From positions 1 through 45,041 of the IMG/VR virus record IMGVR_UViG_3300028578_000005: DNA of 45,041 nucleotides. The stretch is one strand, 5' to 3'. The position numbers were made by a program, and so were the translations under genes. Of the stretch, positions 25,725 to 34,761 are shown piece after piece (position 1 is the first letter of the stretch; each line of letters begins with the position of its first letter). The DNA is from a virus. The notes below the pieces were generated by a model. It was not told the DNA's origin. It did no database searches and saw only the letters and a list, made by a program, of their open reading frames with translations.

Positions 25725-25758
25725 TAGCCGGGGCCTCACGGCCCTCCACGGCCATCGT
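25725..25758 (+). promoter_or_regulatory. Late-promoter-like module 5: TAGCCGGGGCCT-N16-CATCGT, 6 nt before GTG 25765
   Basis: The box starts immediately after stop TGA 25722-25724. There is no Shine-Dalgarno before GTG 25765. The downstream 34 nt resemble module 1 (shared CATCGT..N5..GTGGC). Confidence 0.6.
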
Positions 25759-25764
25759 CAGGCC

Positions 25765-26085
25765 GTGGCGCAGCGTGTTCTCTCCTACCCGTTCCGCATC
25801 GACCTCTCCGGAGCGGCGGCGACGGTCGAGCAGGACACCGAGCCGCACCTCCGCGAGCAGATCGCCATCCTCGCCCTCACCAGGGCGGGGGAGCGGGCGC
25901 TGCGGCCAGGGTTCGGGCTCACCGACCCGGTCTTCGACGGGTTCCAGCCCTCCGAGCTCGCCGCGAAGCTCGAGCTGTTCGGCCCCCCCGTCGAGCTCGG
26001 GAACATCGTCGTCACCCCGCAGTCGGTCGACGTGCAGCACGTCGAGATCAACTTCGAGCCCGCCACGGTGGTGGCCGCCGCGTGA
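25765..26085 (+). CDS. Baseplate wedge protein (GPW / gp25-like)
   Basis: ORF track. YPFRIDLSG...REQIAILALTRAGERALRPGFG fits the gp25 family pattern. Confidence 0.75.
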   Translation: MAQRVLSYPFRIDLSGAAATVEQDTEPHLREQIAILALTRAGERALRPGFGLTDPVFDGFQPSELAAKLELFGPPVELGNIVVTPQSVDVQHVEINFEPATVVAAA

Positions 26086-27209
26086 GCGACATCTCCCCCG
26101 ACGCCCTCCCGTCCGCGGAGCTGCTCCTCTACGACCGGTCACCTGAGGAGCTGCGGACCCTCGCGCTGGCGCACGCCCAGACGCTCATGCCCGAGGCGAA
26201 CTTCCGGGAGGCGTCGGTCGAGACCAACATGGTCGACGCCCACGCCCTCGTGTTCTCCGAGGTCGTCTTCGCCATCAACCGGGTCCCGAAGGCGGTCCTC
26301 GAGGACGTCCTGACGCTGCTGGACATCACCAGGGACGCCGGGGCGCCGGCGACCACCACGGTCCTGTTCAACCTGGCGGACGACGACGGCCACACGATCC
26401 CCGCGGGGACGCGGGTACGGCTCGACATCTCCGGTGAGGCATGGGTGTTCGCCCTCGACGTCGACGCCGTCGCCGCTCCGACCGAGACCACCGCAACCGC
26501 AGCGGCCACCGCCGAGGTCGTGGGCGCGACCCCGAACGGCATCGCCGCGGGCACCGCCGTCATCCCGGTGGACCAGCTCTTCTTCGTCGACTCCGCCGAG
26601 ATCGACAGCGAGATCGCCGCCGGCCGCGACCCCGAATCCGATCTGGCCTGGACCACGCGAGCCGGGCAGGCCCTCCGGCAGCTCTCGCAGGTCCTCGTGC
26701 TCAACGGCCAGTTCACCGCCGCCTCGCTGCTGGACCCGGCGGTGTTCCGGGCGTTCACGATCGACACCTACGACGGTACGGGCGGGCCCCCGTACACCGA
26801 CCCGGGGCACGTCACCGTCGTCGCCCGCGGCGTCGCCGGGAACCTCTCGGCCCCGCAGAAGGCCGCGCTCGAGGCGTCGCTCGAGGCGAAGGTCGTCGCC
26901 GGCGTCGACGTCCACATCATCGACCCCACCATCACGTCCGTCGCGGTAACCGCGACGGTCGGGATCAAGACGGGGTTCGTCGAGGCCGACGTCCTCGCCG
27001 CGGTCGAGACCGCGCTGCAGGGCTACCTGTCGCCGGACACGTGGGACTGGGGCGGGACGGTCCGCCGCAACGAGCTCATCTCCCTGATCGACCAGGTCTC
27101 CGGTGTCGACTACGTCGCCACCCTCACCGCTCCCGCCGCCGACGTCGCCCTCTCCGGTGACGGCCCGCTGGCTGACGCCGGGGCGCTCGACATCCAGGCG
27201 GCCGCCTGA
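26082..27209 (+). CDS. Baseplate J-like protein
   Basis: ORF track. GTGA overlap. 375 aa, after the W-like gene. Confidence 0.7.
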   Translation: MSDISPDALPSAELLLYDRSPEELRTLALAHAQTLMPEANFREASVETNMVDAHALVFSEVVFAINRVPKAVLEDVLTLLDITRDAGAPATTTVLFNLADDDGHTIPAGTRVRLDISGEAWVFALDVDAVAAPTETTATAAATAEVVGATPNGIAAGTAVIPVDQLFFVDSAEIDSEIAAGRDPESDLAWTTRAGQALRQLSQVLVLNGQFTAASLLDPAVFRAFTIDTYDGTGGPPYTDPGHVTVVARGVAGNLSAPQKAALEASLEAKVVAGVDVHIIDPTITSVAVTATVGIKTGFVEADVLAAVETALQGYLSPDTWDWGGTVRRNELISLIDQVSGVDYVATLTAPAADVALSGDGPLADAGALDIQAAA

Positions 27210-27910
27210 TGCCCGCCCCCGCGGTCGCCGAGGCGACGCTCGACCTGTACGGCCGGCTCCCGGAGCACTTCCGCACCGCCGATGTGGCCACCGGGTACCA
27301 GCTGCTCCGCTACCTCGACCTCCTCGGGTTCCAGGCCCAGGAGGTCCGCGACGTCCTCGAGCTCCTCGGCGCGGGGCAGGCGGGGATGCCGCTGACCGCG
27401 CCGGGGGCGTGGCTGGACTGGATGGCCCAGTTCGTCAACCTGGACACGACGGCGATGCCCGAGGCGGAGAAGCGCATAGCGATCGACGCTGCGTCATCGC
27501 TGATCGCAGGGTCGGAGGAGTCGATGCGCCTCACGATCGAGGCGCTCCTGGGCGGCGAGAAGCGCTACATGATCGAGCGCCACGCTGACGGTGAGCCGTT
27601 CAAGATCAGGATCTACGTGAACGTCGACGACGCCGGCGGGACGACGTGGGACACGTTGGCGGTGGACTACCCGTCGTGGAATGCCTGGGAGGCGGTCACG
27701 TCGTGGGATGACCTCGCGACCGTGGCGCCGATCAACGAGCGCGCCGCGCTGCTCGCGGTGAAGCCGGCGTGGATCGTCCTGGAGATCGAGGCGATCGGGT
27801 CGGGCTCGATGTGGCTGTTCTTCGAGCAGACCTACGAGACGTGGGACGAGTTCGAGGCGGCGTTCGCGACCTGGGATGACTTCGAAGCGGAGGTGTTCGG
27901 ATGGCTGTGA
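27209..27910 (+). CDS. Baseplate / tail protein I-like (P2 gpI type)
   Basis: ORF track. ATGA overlap. Position after J. Confidence 0.55.
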   Translation: MPAPAVAEATLDLYGRLPEHFRTADVATGYQLLRYLDLLGFQAQEVRDVLELLGAGQAGMPLTAPGAWLDWMAQFVNLDTTAMPEAEKRIAIDAASSLIAGSEESMRLTIEALLGGEKRYMIERHADGEPFKIRIYVNVDDAGGTTWDTLAVDYPSWNAWEAVTSWDDLATVAPINERAALLAVKPAWIVLEIEAIGSGSMWLFFEQTYETWDEFEAAFATWDDFEAEVFGWL

Positions 27911-28560
27911 CCACCACCGAGCGGCTGGAGCTGCCGCAGTGGTCATCGGGGTCCGATCCGCCCGTCAACCGCGTCCAGCTCGATGGTGCCTTCGCGAGTC
28001 TCGAGGCCCAGGTCGCGGGGCGCCTGCAGGACGTCGCAGCCAACCGGCCGGCCGCCGCGGCCGAGTACAACGGCTTCTTCTTCTGGGCGACCGACACCGA
28101 GGTCCTGTCGTACTGCGACGGCGACGAGTGGGCCACGATCCCCATCGGCGCCTTCCTCGCGCTCGCCGGCGGGACGCTCGCCGGCGCACTGAACATGGAC
28201 GGCAACGAGCTCCAGGCCGCCGTCGTCCTCAACGCCAAGGACAAGAAGACCACCGCCAACGTCTCCGGCGCGGTCGTCATCGACGCCAACACCGCGGCGC
28301 TCCACGTCCTCACCATCACCGGCAACGTCTCGAGCGTCACCATCAACAACCTCGACGACGGCGAGACCATCCGCGTCCTCTGGATCGAGAACGCCACCGG
28401 CAACTTCACCGTGGCGTTCCCCGGCACCCTCAAGTGGGTCGGCGGCGCAGCGTCCGGCGGCACCGGGTTCAAGACGACGCCCAACGCCGAGAACTACATG
28501 GAGTTCATGAAGATCGGCGCAACGATCTACGCGTTCCTCGGCGCCGACATGAAGGTCTGA
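27901..28560 (+). CDS. Tail fibre protein
   Basis: ORF track. The N-terminal TERLELPQWSSGSDPPVNRVQLDGAF motif is typical of actinophage fibre / minor tail proteins. Confidence 0.6.
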   Translation: MAVTTTERLELPQWSSGSDPPVNRVQLDGAFASLEAQVAGRLQDVAANRPAAAAEYNGFFFWATDTEVLSYCDGDEWATIPIGAFLALAGGTLAGALNMDGNELQAAVVLNAKDKKTTANVSGAVVIDANTAALHVLTITGNVSSVTINNLDDGETIRVLWIENATGNFTVAFPGTLKWVGGAASGGTGFKTTPNAENYMEFMKIGATIYAFLGADMKV

Positions 28561-28561
28561 C

Positions 28562-29314
28562 GTGAGCACCCTCACGGCCAAGAGCGCGCTCCTGATGGGC
28601 GCTGGCGCTGTCCCGGTCCTCGTCGGCCAAGCAGCTGCAGCCTTCCTGAACAACGGGGCCACGAGCAGCACCGCGACACTCACCGCAACCGCCCCCGCCG
28701 GCCGCCAGGTAGGTGACCTCCTCCTCGACACCGGCTACGTCGAGACCGTCTTCACCCCGCTCCCACCCACGGGCTACTCCGACCTTGGGGCCGGCGCCAC
28801 CGCGGGCTCCCGGATGTTCAAGCGCTCAGCGAGCGCCACAGCAGCAGACGACTGCTCATGGGCCCCCAACGCCTCCAGCCAAGCCCACGCGAGCCACCTC
28901 ATCGTTCTCCGGGGGGTGGGGGCCACCGTCACCCGCGGCGACCAAGGGGCCGGGAACGACATGCCGGGCTCGGCCGGATTCGCCGGCGGCGCAGCGACCG
29001 TCTCCGTCCCTCCGTCCACGACGGGACGCCCAAACGCTCCGGGACCGGGCTGGGAGTTCCTCACCGTCCTCCTTGCAACGTCGTCGGGGGCCAGCTCGTC
29101 GTTGGCCTACGGGGCCCCACCGGCAGGGTGGCTCAAGCTCGGCGAGCACTTGTTCTTCACACTCCAGGGGCGCGAAGGCCGGTGTGTCGTGCTGGCGCGC
29201 CGCATCTTCGCTGCGGGCATCACTCCGGACGACACCGTCCAGATCAACCTGACCAGGACCCCGACCTCGGCCACGATGGGTGGGGTCGCATCGCGATTCG
29301 CGGTGACAGCCTGA
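28562..29314 (+). CDS. Hypothetical fibre-associated protein
   Basis: ORF track; assigned by position. Confidence 0.5.
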   Translation: MSTLTAKSALLMGAGAVPVLVGQAAAAFLNNGATSSTATLTATAPAGRQVGDLLLDTGYVETVFTPLPPTGYSDLGAGATAGSRMFKRSASATAADDCSWAPNASSQAHASHLIVLRGVGATVTRGDQGAGNDMPGSAGFAGGAATVSVPPSTTGRPNAPGPGWEFLTVLLATSSGASSSLAYGAPPAGWLKLGEHLFFTLQGREGRCVVLARRIFAAGITPDDTVQINLTRTPTSATMGGVASRFAVTA

Positions 29315-30033
29315 TGGGCTACGGCCTGGTCTACGACGGCCCGCCCACGAGGTGCGCGAAGGGCCCTCGCCCCGGCACCAAGGCGCTCGAGAAGGGCGTC
29401 ATGGAGCGGTTCGGGTGCGGCACCCAAGGCATCTTCAACTGCCGCCCCATCCGCACCAAGGGCAGCACCGTCCTGTCGTTCCATGCCGACGGTCGCGCCT
29501 GGGACGCCAAGTGCTCCGGGGAGCTCAACCGGCGCATCGCCGACTGGCTCGTCGCCAACGCCGACGAACTCGGCGTCCAGGAGGTCATCTGTACCGGCCG
29601 GCGCCGCTGGACCTCGAGGACGCGCACCTGGGCGCACTACGGCGGCGACGACGACCACTCCACCCACGTCCACGTCGCCCAGTGCATCCGCGCAGCGAAC
29701 TCGCTCACCCTCGCCACCGTCCGCGCCATCGGTGGCGAGGGCCCCACGCCACCCGACCAGGAGGACGACGACATGCCCAAGCTCTACCGAGTCGACAGCG
29801 GCCCCGACAAGGGCAAGATCTTCTGGGTCGGCAACGGCGACCGCGTCTACGTCGACGACCCGGCCAAGCTGCCCGAGCTCGAGCGGCAGTACGGCAAGGT
29901 CACCCCGATCAACGAGGTCGCCTGGTGGTACGAGGTCCAGTCGACCGCGCTCAACGAGGAGGGCGCCCGCTCGATCCCGCCCAAGCAGGTCGACGCCCTC
30001 GTGAAGCGCATCGCCGACGCGCTCAAGGCCTGA
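29314..30033 (+). CDS. Endolysin, LAS-type (M15-like) zinc peptidase with C-terminal domain
   Basis: ATG 29314 (TGATG overlap) within ORF 28858..30033. SFHADGRAWD ... DDHSTHVHV motifs, paralogous to the C-terminus of 23506..25446. Confidence 0.7.
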   Translation: MGYGLVYDGPPTRCAKGPRPGTKALEKGVMERFGCGTQGIFNCRPIRTKGSTVLSFHADGRAWDAKCSGELNRRIADWLVANADELGVQEVICTGRRRWTSRTRTWAHYGGDDDHSTHVHVAQCIRAANSLTLATVRAIGGEGPTPPDQEDDDMPKLYRVDSGPDKGKIFWVGNGDRVYVDDPAKLPELERQYGKVTPINEVAWWYEVQSTALNEEGARSIPPKQVDALVKRIADALKA

Positions 30034-30051
30034 CGTGGATGAGACCGCCTC

Positions 30052-30387
30052 GTGAAGACCTTCCTGCTTGCCTCGGCCGTCACCGGCGCCGCCTCCGTCC
30101 TCGCGGAAGCCGGCGACTCGATGCCGCCATGGGCGCAGTGGGGAGTGCTCGGCGCGGTCATCGTCGGCCTGCTCATCACCAAGACGATCGTGCCCGGCTG
30201 GATCTACCAAGACACCCGCGCGGAGCTCATCGCCGCCAAGGCCGACATCAAGACGCTGTCTCAGCAGCTCATCGACAGCCAACAAGTAGCACTGCCTGCG
30301 CTCCAGACCTCGTCGCAGGTGATCGCCGACGCCCTACCCATCGTGCGCGATGCGTTGCGGCTCCGCGATCAGCGACGAGGGGAGTAG
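30052..30387 (+). CDS. Holin candidate (two hydrophobic segments plus coiled-coil tail)
   Basis: ORF track; lies directly after the endolysin. Confidence 0.5.
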   Translation: MKTFLLASAVTGAASVLAEAGDSMPPWAQWGVLGAVIVGLLITKTIVPGWIYQDTRAELIAAKADIKTLSQQLIDSQQVALPALQTSSQVIADALPIVRDALRLRDQRRGE

Positions 30388-30573
30388 ATGGCCATGGCCT
30401 TCTGGAACAAGGACAAGCCCAACGCGGACGACATGCGGGAAGCGATGGATGCCGCCGCGAAGAAGCGCCGGATCGTGCAGCTCGGCCGCCAGAACGAGAT
30501 CTACGCGTCGCTGCTGCTGGAGAAGGCCCGCGAGCTGAGAGAGGTGCTCGAACGTGATACCGCCGCCGGATGA
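30388..30573 (+). CDS. Small hypothetical protein (61 aa)
   Basis: ORF track. Confidence 0.5.
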   Translation: MAMAFWNKDKPNADDMREAMDAAAKKRRIVQLGRQNEIYASLLLEKARELREVLERDTAAG

Positions 30574-31072
30574 GGAAGCACGCACCAAGCGGGCGCTAGC
30601 GGAGTCGCGCGCCGAGACCGACGCGGCGCACCACGAGTCGGATCTCAACACGGCGACCGTGGTCTCCATGATCGAGGAGTTCGCGATCCAAGCCGAGCGC
30701 ATCGCCGAAGGCAACCGCAACCTCCAGGCCGAGCTCGTCGAGAGCCTCGTTGCCGAGAACCTCGTGTTCAAGCGCCGCAACCGGGTGCTCGTGATCCTCG
30801 CTGGGACGATCGCAGTGTGCTGCCTGGTCCTGGTGGCCGGGATGGGGTTCCTGTTGTACCGCAGCCTGTTCCAGACGGGCCCGCTGATCCGAGAGACCAA
30901 CAAAGCGGTTGAGGCCACGCTCGACGCACGCAACGAGACCATCGCCGATCAGGAGATCGTCATCGGTCAGGCGGTCGCTGCGATCCAGCAGATGGCCCAG
31001 CAGATCGTCGATCTCGGCGGGACACCTCCCCAGATCGTCCTCGACCCTGATCGGGACGATCCGGCGCCATGA
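30554..31072 (+). CDS. Membrane protein with one central TM helix flanked by coiled-coil-like regions
   Basis: ORF track. VLVILAGTIAVCCLVLVAGMGFLLY. Confidence 0.55.
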   Translation: MIPPPDEEARTKRALAESRAETDAAHHESDLNTATVVSMIEEFAIQAERIAEGNRNLQAELVESLVAENLVFKRRNRVLVILAGTIAVCCLVLVAGMGFLLYRSLFQTGPLIRETNKAVEATLDARNETIADQEIVIGQAVAAIQQMAQQIVDLGGTPPQIVLDPDRDDPAP

Positions 31073-31206
31073 CCGCCCACCAGATCCGCGACGCCGTCGT
31101 GGCCACCGGCAAGGTCGCCGTCGCCCTCGCCATCACCGCCGCGCTCACCTACCTCGTCGCGGCCGCGTTCGTCGCCTGGACCGTCCCCGCCAGCAGGTAC
31201 CGATGA
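31069..31206 (+). CDS. Small membrane protein (45 aa)
   Basis: ATGA overlaps at both ends. Hydrophobic VAVALAITAALTYLVAAAFVAW. Below the ORF-track size cut-off. Confidence 0.5.
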   Translation: MTAHQIRDAVVATGKVAVALAITAALTYLVAAAFVAWTVPASRYR

Positions 31207-31508
31207 CCACGACACCACCCCCGACCGGCCAGTGGGAGCCCCAACACCTCACGGCCGAGCCCACTCCGCCCACGGAGCGCCAGCTCGAGGACCTCGGTGA
31301 CCTCGACCGCGGGAGCCGCGTCGGCCGAACCGCTGTCCAGGTCGGCGTCCCCGCCGCCATCCTCGGCATCGCCACCTGGGCCGCCCGCCTCGCCGGCCTC
31401 GACCTCGACCCCGGAGCCGGCGTCGACCTCCCCGCCGACGTCGCCGGCTACTGGGTCGCCATCGGCACCTTCGCCATGTCCCTGCGCATGAACCGGACCC
31501 GGCCGTGA
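31203..31508 (+). CDS. Membrane protein (101 aa, two hydrophobic segments)
   Basis: ATG 31203 within ORF 30909..31508. Confidence 0.55.
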   Translation: MTTTPPPTGQWEPQHLTAEPTPPTERQLEDLGDLDRGSRVGRTAVQVGVPAAILGIATWAARLAGLDLDPGAGVDLPADVAGYWVAIGTFAMSLRMNRTRP

Positions 31509-31612
31509 GCTGGCGCAGCTGGGTCGTCACCATCGGCTGGATCCTCCTCGCCGTCGCACTCGGCATCTGGATCGCCGACTACGCCGGCTGGATCGAACCC
31601 GGGACCGGCTAG
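31505..31612 (+). CDS. Small membrane protein (35 aa)
   Basis: GTG 31505 (GTGA overlap). WVVTIGWILLAVALGIWIA. Confidence 0.4.
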   Translation: MSWRSWVVTIGWILLAVALGIWIADYAGWIEPGTG

Positions 31613-31615
31613 CCC

Positions 31616-34468
31616 ATGCCCGAGACGACCGTCACCGAGGACCTCGTCCTCCCCAACGGGGCGGCGCCCTCACGCGCGTCGGTCACCTACCGGCTCGTCG
31701 GCACCGGCGGCCACCCCATCGGCGAGGCCTACGTCGACGGCACCACCATCGTCTCGTTCCTCCAGATCACCCCCAACACCGAAGGCGAAACATCCGTCGA
31801 CCTGTGGGGCAACGACGCCATCACCCCCGCCGGCACCCGGTGGCGCCGCGACATCAACCCCGCCAGCGACACCGCCGGCCGCTCCTCGGCCTACCTCGAC
31901 GTCCCCGACGACGGCGGCACCTACCGCGTCGACCAGCTCCTCGACGACCCGCCCGGCACCATCGGATCCTCCGCCCTCGCCGTCCACGCCGCCCTACGCG
32001 GCCCCGGCGGCCACCTCCCCGACGGCACCCCCGACGAGGGCGACACGATCGGCTGGAACGACGACGACGGGATCTTCGAGTACGTCCCCCAGACCGCCGC
32101 CGCAGCCGTCCTGACCGTCAACGGCCGCATCGGGAACGTCGTCGGTCTCGCCGAACAGGTCGACCTCACCGCCGAGGCCGACGAGCGCGCCGCCGCCGAC
32201 CTCCTCCTGATCCCCCTCGTACAGAAGGGCGCGGCCAACGGTGTCGCCCCCCTCGACGCCGGATCGAAGATCCCAGCCGTCTACCTCCCCGCGATCGGGA
32301 TCGTCGACGTGTACGTCGTCGCAGACATCCCGGCCCGCGACGCCCTCACCGTGCAGGAAGGCGACGTCGCAGTCGTCGTCGATGCCACCGCCGACCCCGG
32401 CGTCGACGCCGGCGGGGCCTCCTACATCTACGACGGGACCGCCTGGCAGCGACTCCTCACCCCCACCGACGCCGTCCTGTCCGTCGACGGGCGCACCGGG
32501 CCCGTCACCCTCTCCGACCTCTACGACGCCATCGGCGCCGCGGCGGCGGCGCAGGCGTTCGCGATCCAGCGCGGCAACCACTCCGGCAACCAGGCCATCG
32601 CCACCGTCACCGGCCTGCAGGCCGAGCTCGACGGCAAGGTCCCGCTCGCCCTCGTCGACGCCAAGGGCGACGAGCTGCTCGGCACCGCAGCCGACACCCT
32701 CGCCCGCCTCCCCGTCGGCACGACCCGCCAGGTCCGCACCCCCGACCCCACCGCGGCCACCGGCCAGAAGTGGGCCGCGCCCGACACGCTCCTCCAGTCC
32801 CTCTACGCCGGGGTCCGCGGCACGATCTACGGCGACTCCTGGTCCGCCGCCGACACCTACACCACCCCCGGCGCCCGCTGGTGGAACCTCCTCCAGCGCC
32901 GCCTCGACCTCGGCAAGATCACCAACAACGCCGTCAACGGCACCGGCTCCATCCAGCACCTCCGCGCCCTCATGGTCGGCGCCGTCGCCTGGACCCTCGA
33001 CCAGAACCGGCTCGTGTTCCTCAACGAGGGCACCATCGAACAGACCGGCGGCGCCGACCCCGTCGCCGGTGTCCGGGTCGCCCAGACGTTCCAGGACACG
33101 GTCCGCAACAGCCTCCGCCGCCTCGGCGCAGGCACGGTCATCGAATCGTCGACGTGGACCGAAACCGGGGCGTGGAGCCCCTCCGGCACCGCGGACGCCT
33201 ACTCGGCCGGATCCGGCCGGGCCACCACCACCGCCGGGGCCAAGGCGTCGTTCCAGTTCACCGGCACCGAGGTCTGGATCCAACTCGGCGCGGTCGACGC
33301 ATCCGTGCTCCGCGGCCGGCTCATCGACATCGTCGTCGACACCGTCACCGTCGTCTCCGGCCTCGACCCCACCCGACTCGCGACCGCGGCGGCCTGGTCG
33401 GCGTTCGCGCACGGCGGGATCAACACGTTCGTCGTCGAGATCTCCGGGCTCACCAACGCACTGCACACCGTCGAGATCGTCGCCGGCGCCAACTCGCCGA
33501 TCGGCGCCGGCACCGGGGTGGTCCTCACCGACTGCGCCATGGTCCCCTCCGCCACACCGCCCCTGGCGGTGGTCCTCAAGGCTCCGCGACTCCCGGTGTT
33601 CGCCACCCAGCCCGAATGGGACGCCTGGTCCGCGGCGCTCGACGCCGCCGCCGCCGGGATCGGCTACGCGGTGGTCGTCAACCTGAACGACGGGTTCGAC
33701 TCGGCGACGATGCTTGGCGCCGACGGCGCCCACCTCAACGACATCGGCACCCAGCACGCCTACCGCAAGGTGCTCGAGGCCCTCGCCGCCCGCACGTCCC
33801 TCCCGTGGGGCACAGCGGTCGCCGACGCGCTGGTGGGGGAGCGTCAGGCCGCCCTCCCAGTCACCGAGGGCGGCACCGCGCTGACCAGCCTCGGCGCCGC
33901 CAAGCGGCAGCTACGCGTGAACGCGGCCGCCACCGCCTTGGAGTACGCGCAGCCCCGGTCCGTCATCGTCGCATCTGGTGTCGACTCCACCGTCATCAAC
34001 ACGGTGGTCGAGACGACGCTCATCACCGCCGCGGTCCCGACCGATCTGGTTGCCGGGGACATGCTTCGCCTCACCATGTTCGGCACGCTCCTGAACAACT
34101 CGGGGGCGAGCGTCACCTACAGCCCAAGGTGGAAGCTCGGAGCCACGACGTTCCTGAGCAGGACCCCCAACAACCAGACCACCAACGCCCTGGGAGCAGC
34201 GTTCCACTCCACCGTCGAGATCGTGGTCGGCAACCCGGCCTCCTCGCAACGAGCGGGCGTGATCTCGCTGCAGGGCGGCGTCGCCGCCGACGGGGCCGTG
34301 GCAGCCAACGGGGCCCTCCTCATGTCGTTCGTCGGCCGCAACGAGAGCCTCGCCGAAGACCTGACGTCCGCGAAGAACCTCGTGTTCACCATCGAGATGG
34401 GCACCGCCGCCGCGGCAGCATCGTTCACCGTCCGAGGCTGGGCGCTCGAAGTCATCCGAGCCGCCTAG
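31616..34468 (+). CDS. Large fibre-like protein with central SGNH/GDSL esterase domain
   Basis: ORF track. Fibre-type motifs VNGRIGNVVGL and GVAPLDAGSKIPAVYLP. GDS block IYGDSWS (about 32828..32848) and DxxH block GADGAHLND (about 33718..33744). Confidence 0.75.
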   Translation: MPETTVTEDLVLPNGAAPSRASVTYRLVGTGGHPIGEAYVDGTTIVSFLQITPNTEGETSVDLWGNDAITPAGTRWRRDINPASDTAGRSSAYLDVPDDGGTYRVDQLLDDPPGTIGSSALAVHAALRGPGGHLPDGTPDEGDTIGWNDDDGIFEYVPQTAAAAVLTVNGRIGNVVGLAEQVDLTAEADERAAADLLLIPLVQKGAANGVAPLDAGSKIPAVYLPAIGIVDVYVVADIPARDALTVQEGDVAVVVDATADPGVDAGGASYIYDGTAWQRLLTPTDAVLSVDGRTGPVTLSDLYDAIGAAAAAQAFAIQRGNHSGNQAIATVTGLQAELDGKVPLALVDAKGDELLGTAADTLARLPVGTTRQVRTPDPTAATGQKWAAPDTLLQSLYAGVRGTIYGDSWSAADTYTTPGARWWNLLQRRLDLGKITNNAVNGTGSIQHLRALMVGAVAWTLDQNRLVFLNEGTIEQTGGADPVAGVRVAQTFQDTVRNSLRRLGAGTVIESSTWTETGAWSPSGTADAYSAGSGRATTTAGAKASFQFTGTEVWIQLGAVDASVLRGRLIDIVVDTVTVVSGLDPTRLATAAAWSAFAHGGINTFVVEISGLTNALHTVEIVAGANSPIGAGTGVVLTDCAMVPSATPPLAVVLKAPRLPVFATQPEWDAWSAALDAAAAGIGYAVVVNLNDGFDSATMLGADGAHLNDIGTQHAYRKVLEALAARTSLPWGTAVADALVGERQAALPVTEGGTALTSLGAAKRQLRVNAAATALEYAQPRSVIVASGVDSTVINTVVETTLITAAVPTDLVAGDMLRLTMFGTLLNNSGASVTYSPRWKLGATTFLSRTPNNQTTNALGAAFHSTVEIVVGNPASSQRAGVISLQGGVAADGAVAANGALLMSFVGRNESLAEDLTSAKNLVFTIEMGTAAAAASFTVRGWALEVIRAA

Positions 34469-34761
34469 GCCCGTCTGAAACACGTGGGCGCCCTCGCGGC
34501 AAGTACCTGGTGATGGCCTTCGAGACCGACCTCAGGAACCGGCTCCTACGAGCAGCTCGGCACCAGCGCAGATGGCGCATCTTCGCCCGCTGGGTACCGC
34601 CTCCCACGACGTCCACGCCCGCAGCCACAGACCGTCCGTCGACCGGCCACACACCGGCGTCTCCGGGCGGCCAGGAGGCCCAGGAGCCATCCGATGCGCC
34701 ACCGCCCGCAGATCCCCACGAGGCCCCGTAGCCCACACCACGAGCCGATCGTCGCGCGGGC

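Noticed and set aside
25746-25768. Hairpin ccacggcc-N7-ggccgtgg as a terminator after 25446..25724
   Set aside because: It has no T tract, and it overlaps the predicted -10 hexamer and the GTG start of the next gene. It is more likely part of promoter module 5 than a terminator.
34514-34731. 72-aa + strand ORF in the convergent gap
   Set aside because: It has no ribosome-binding site or -10-like hexamer at the right distance, GC3 of only about 70% by eye, and a Pro/Thr/Ser-rich tail. It is kept only as a low-probability possibility in the findings.
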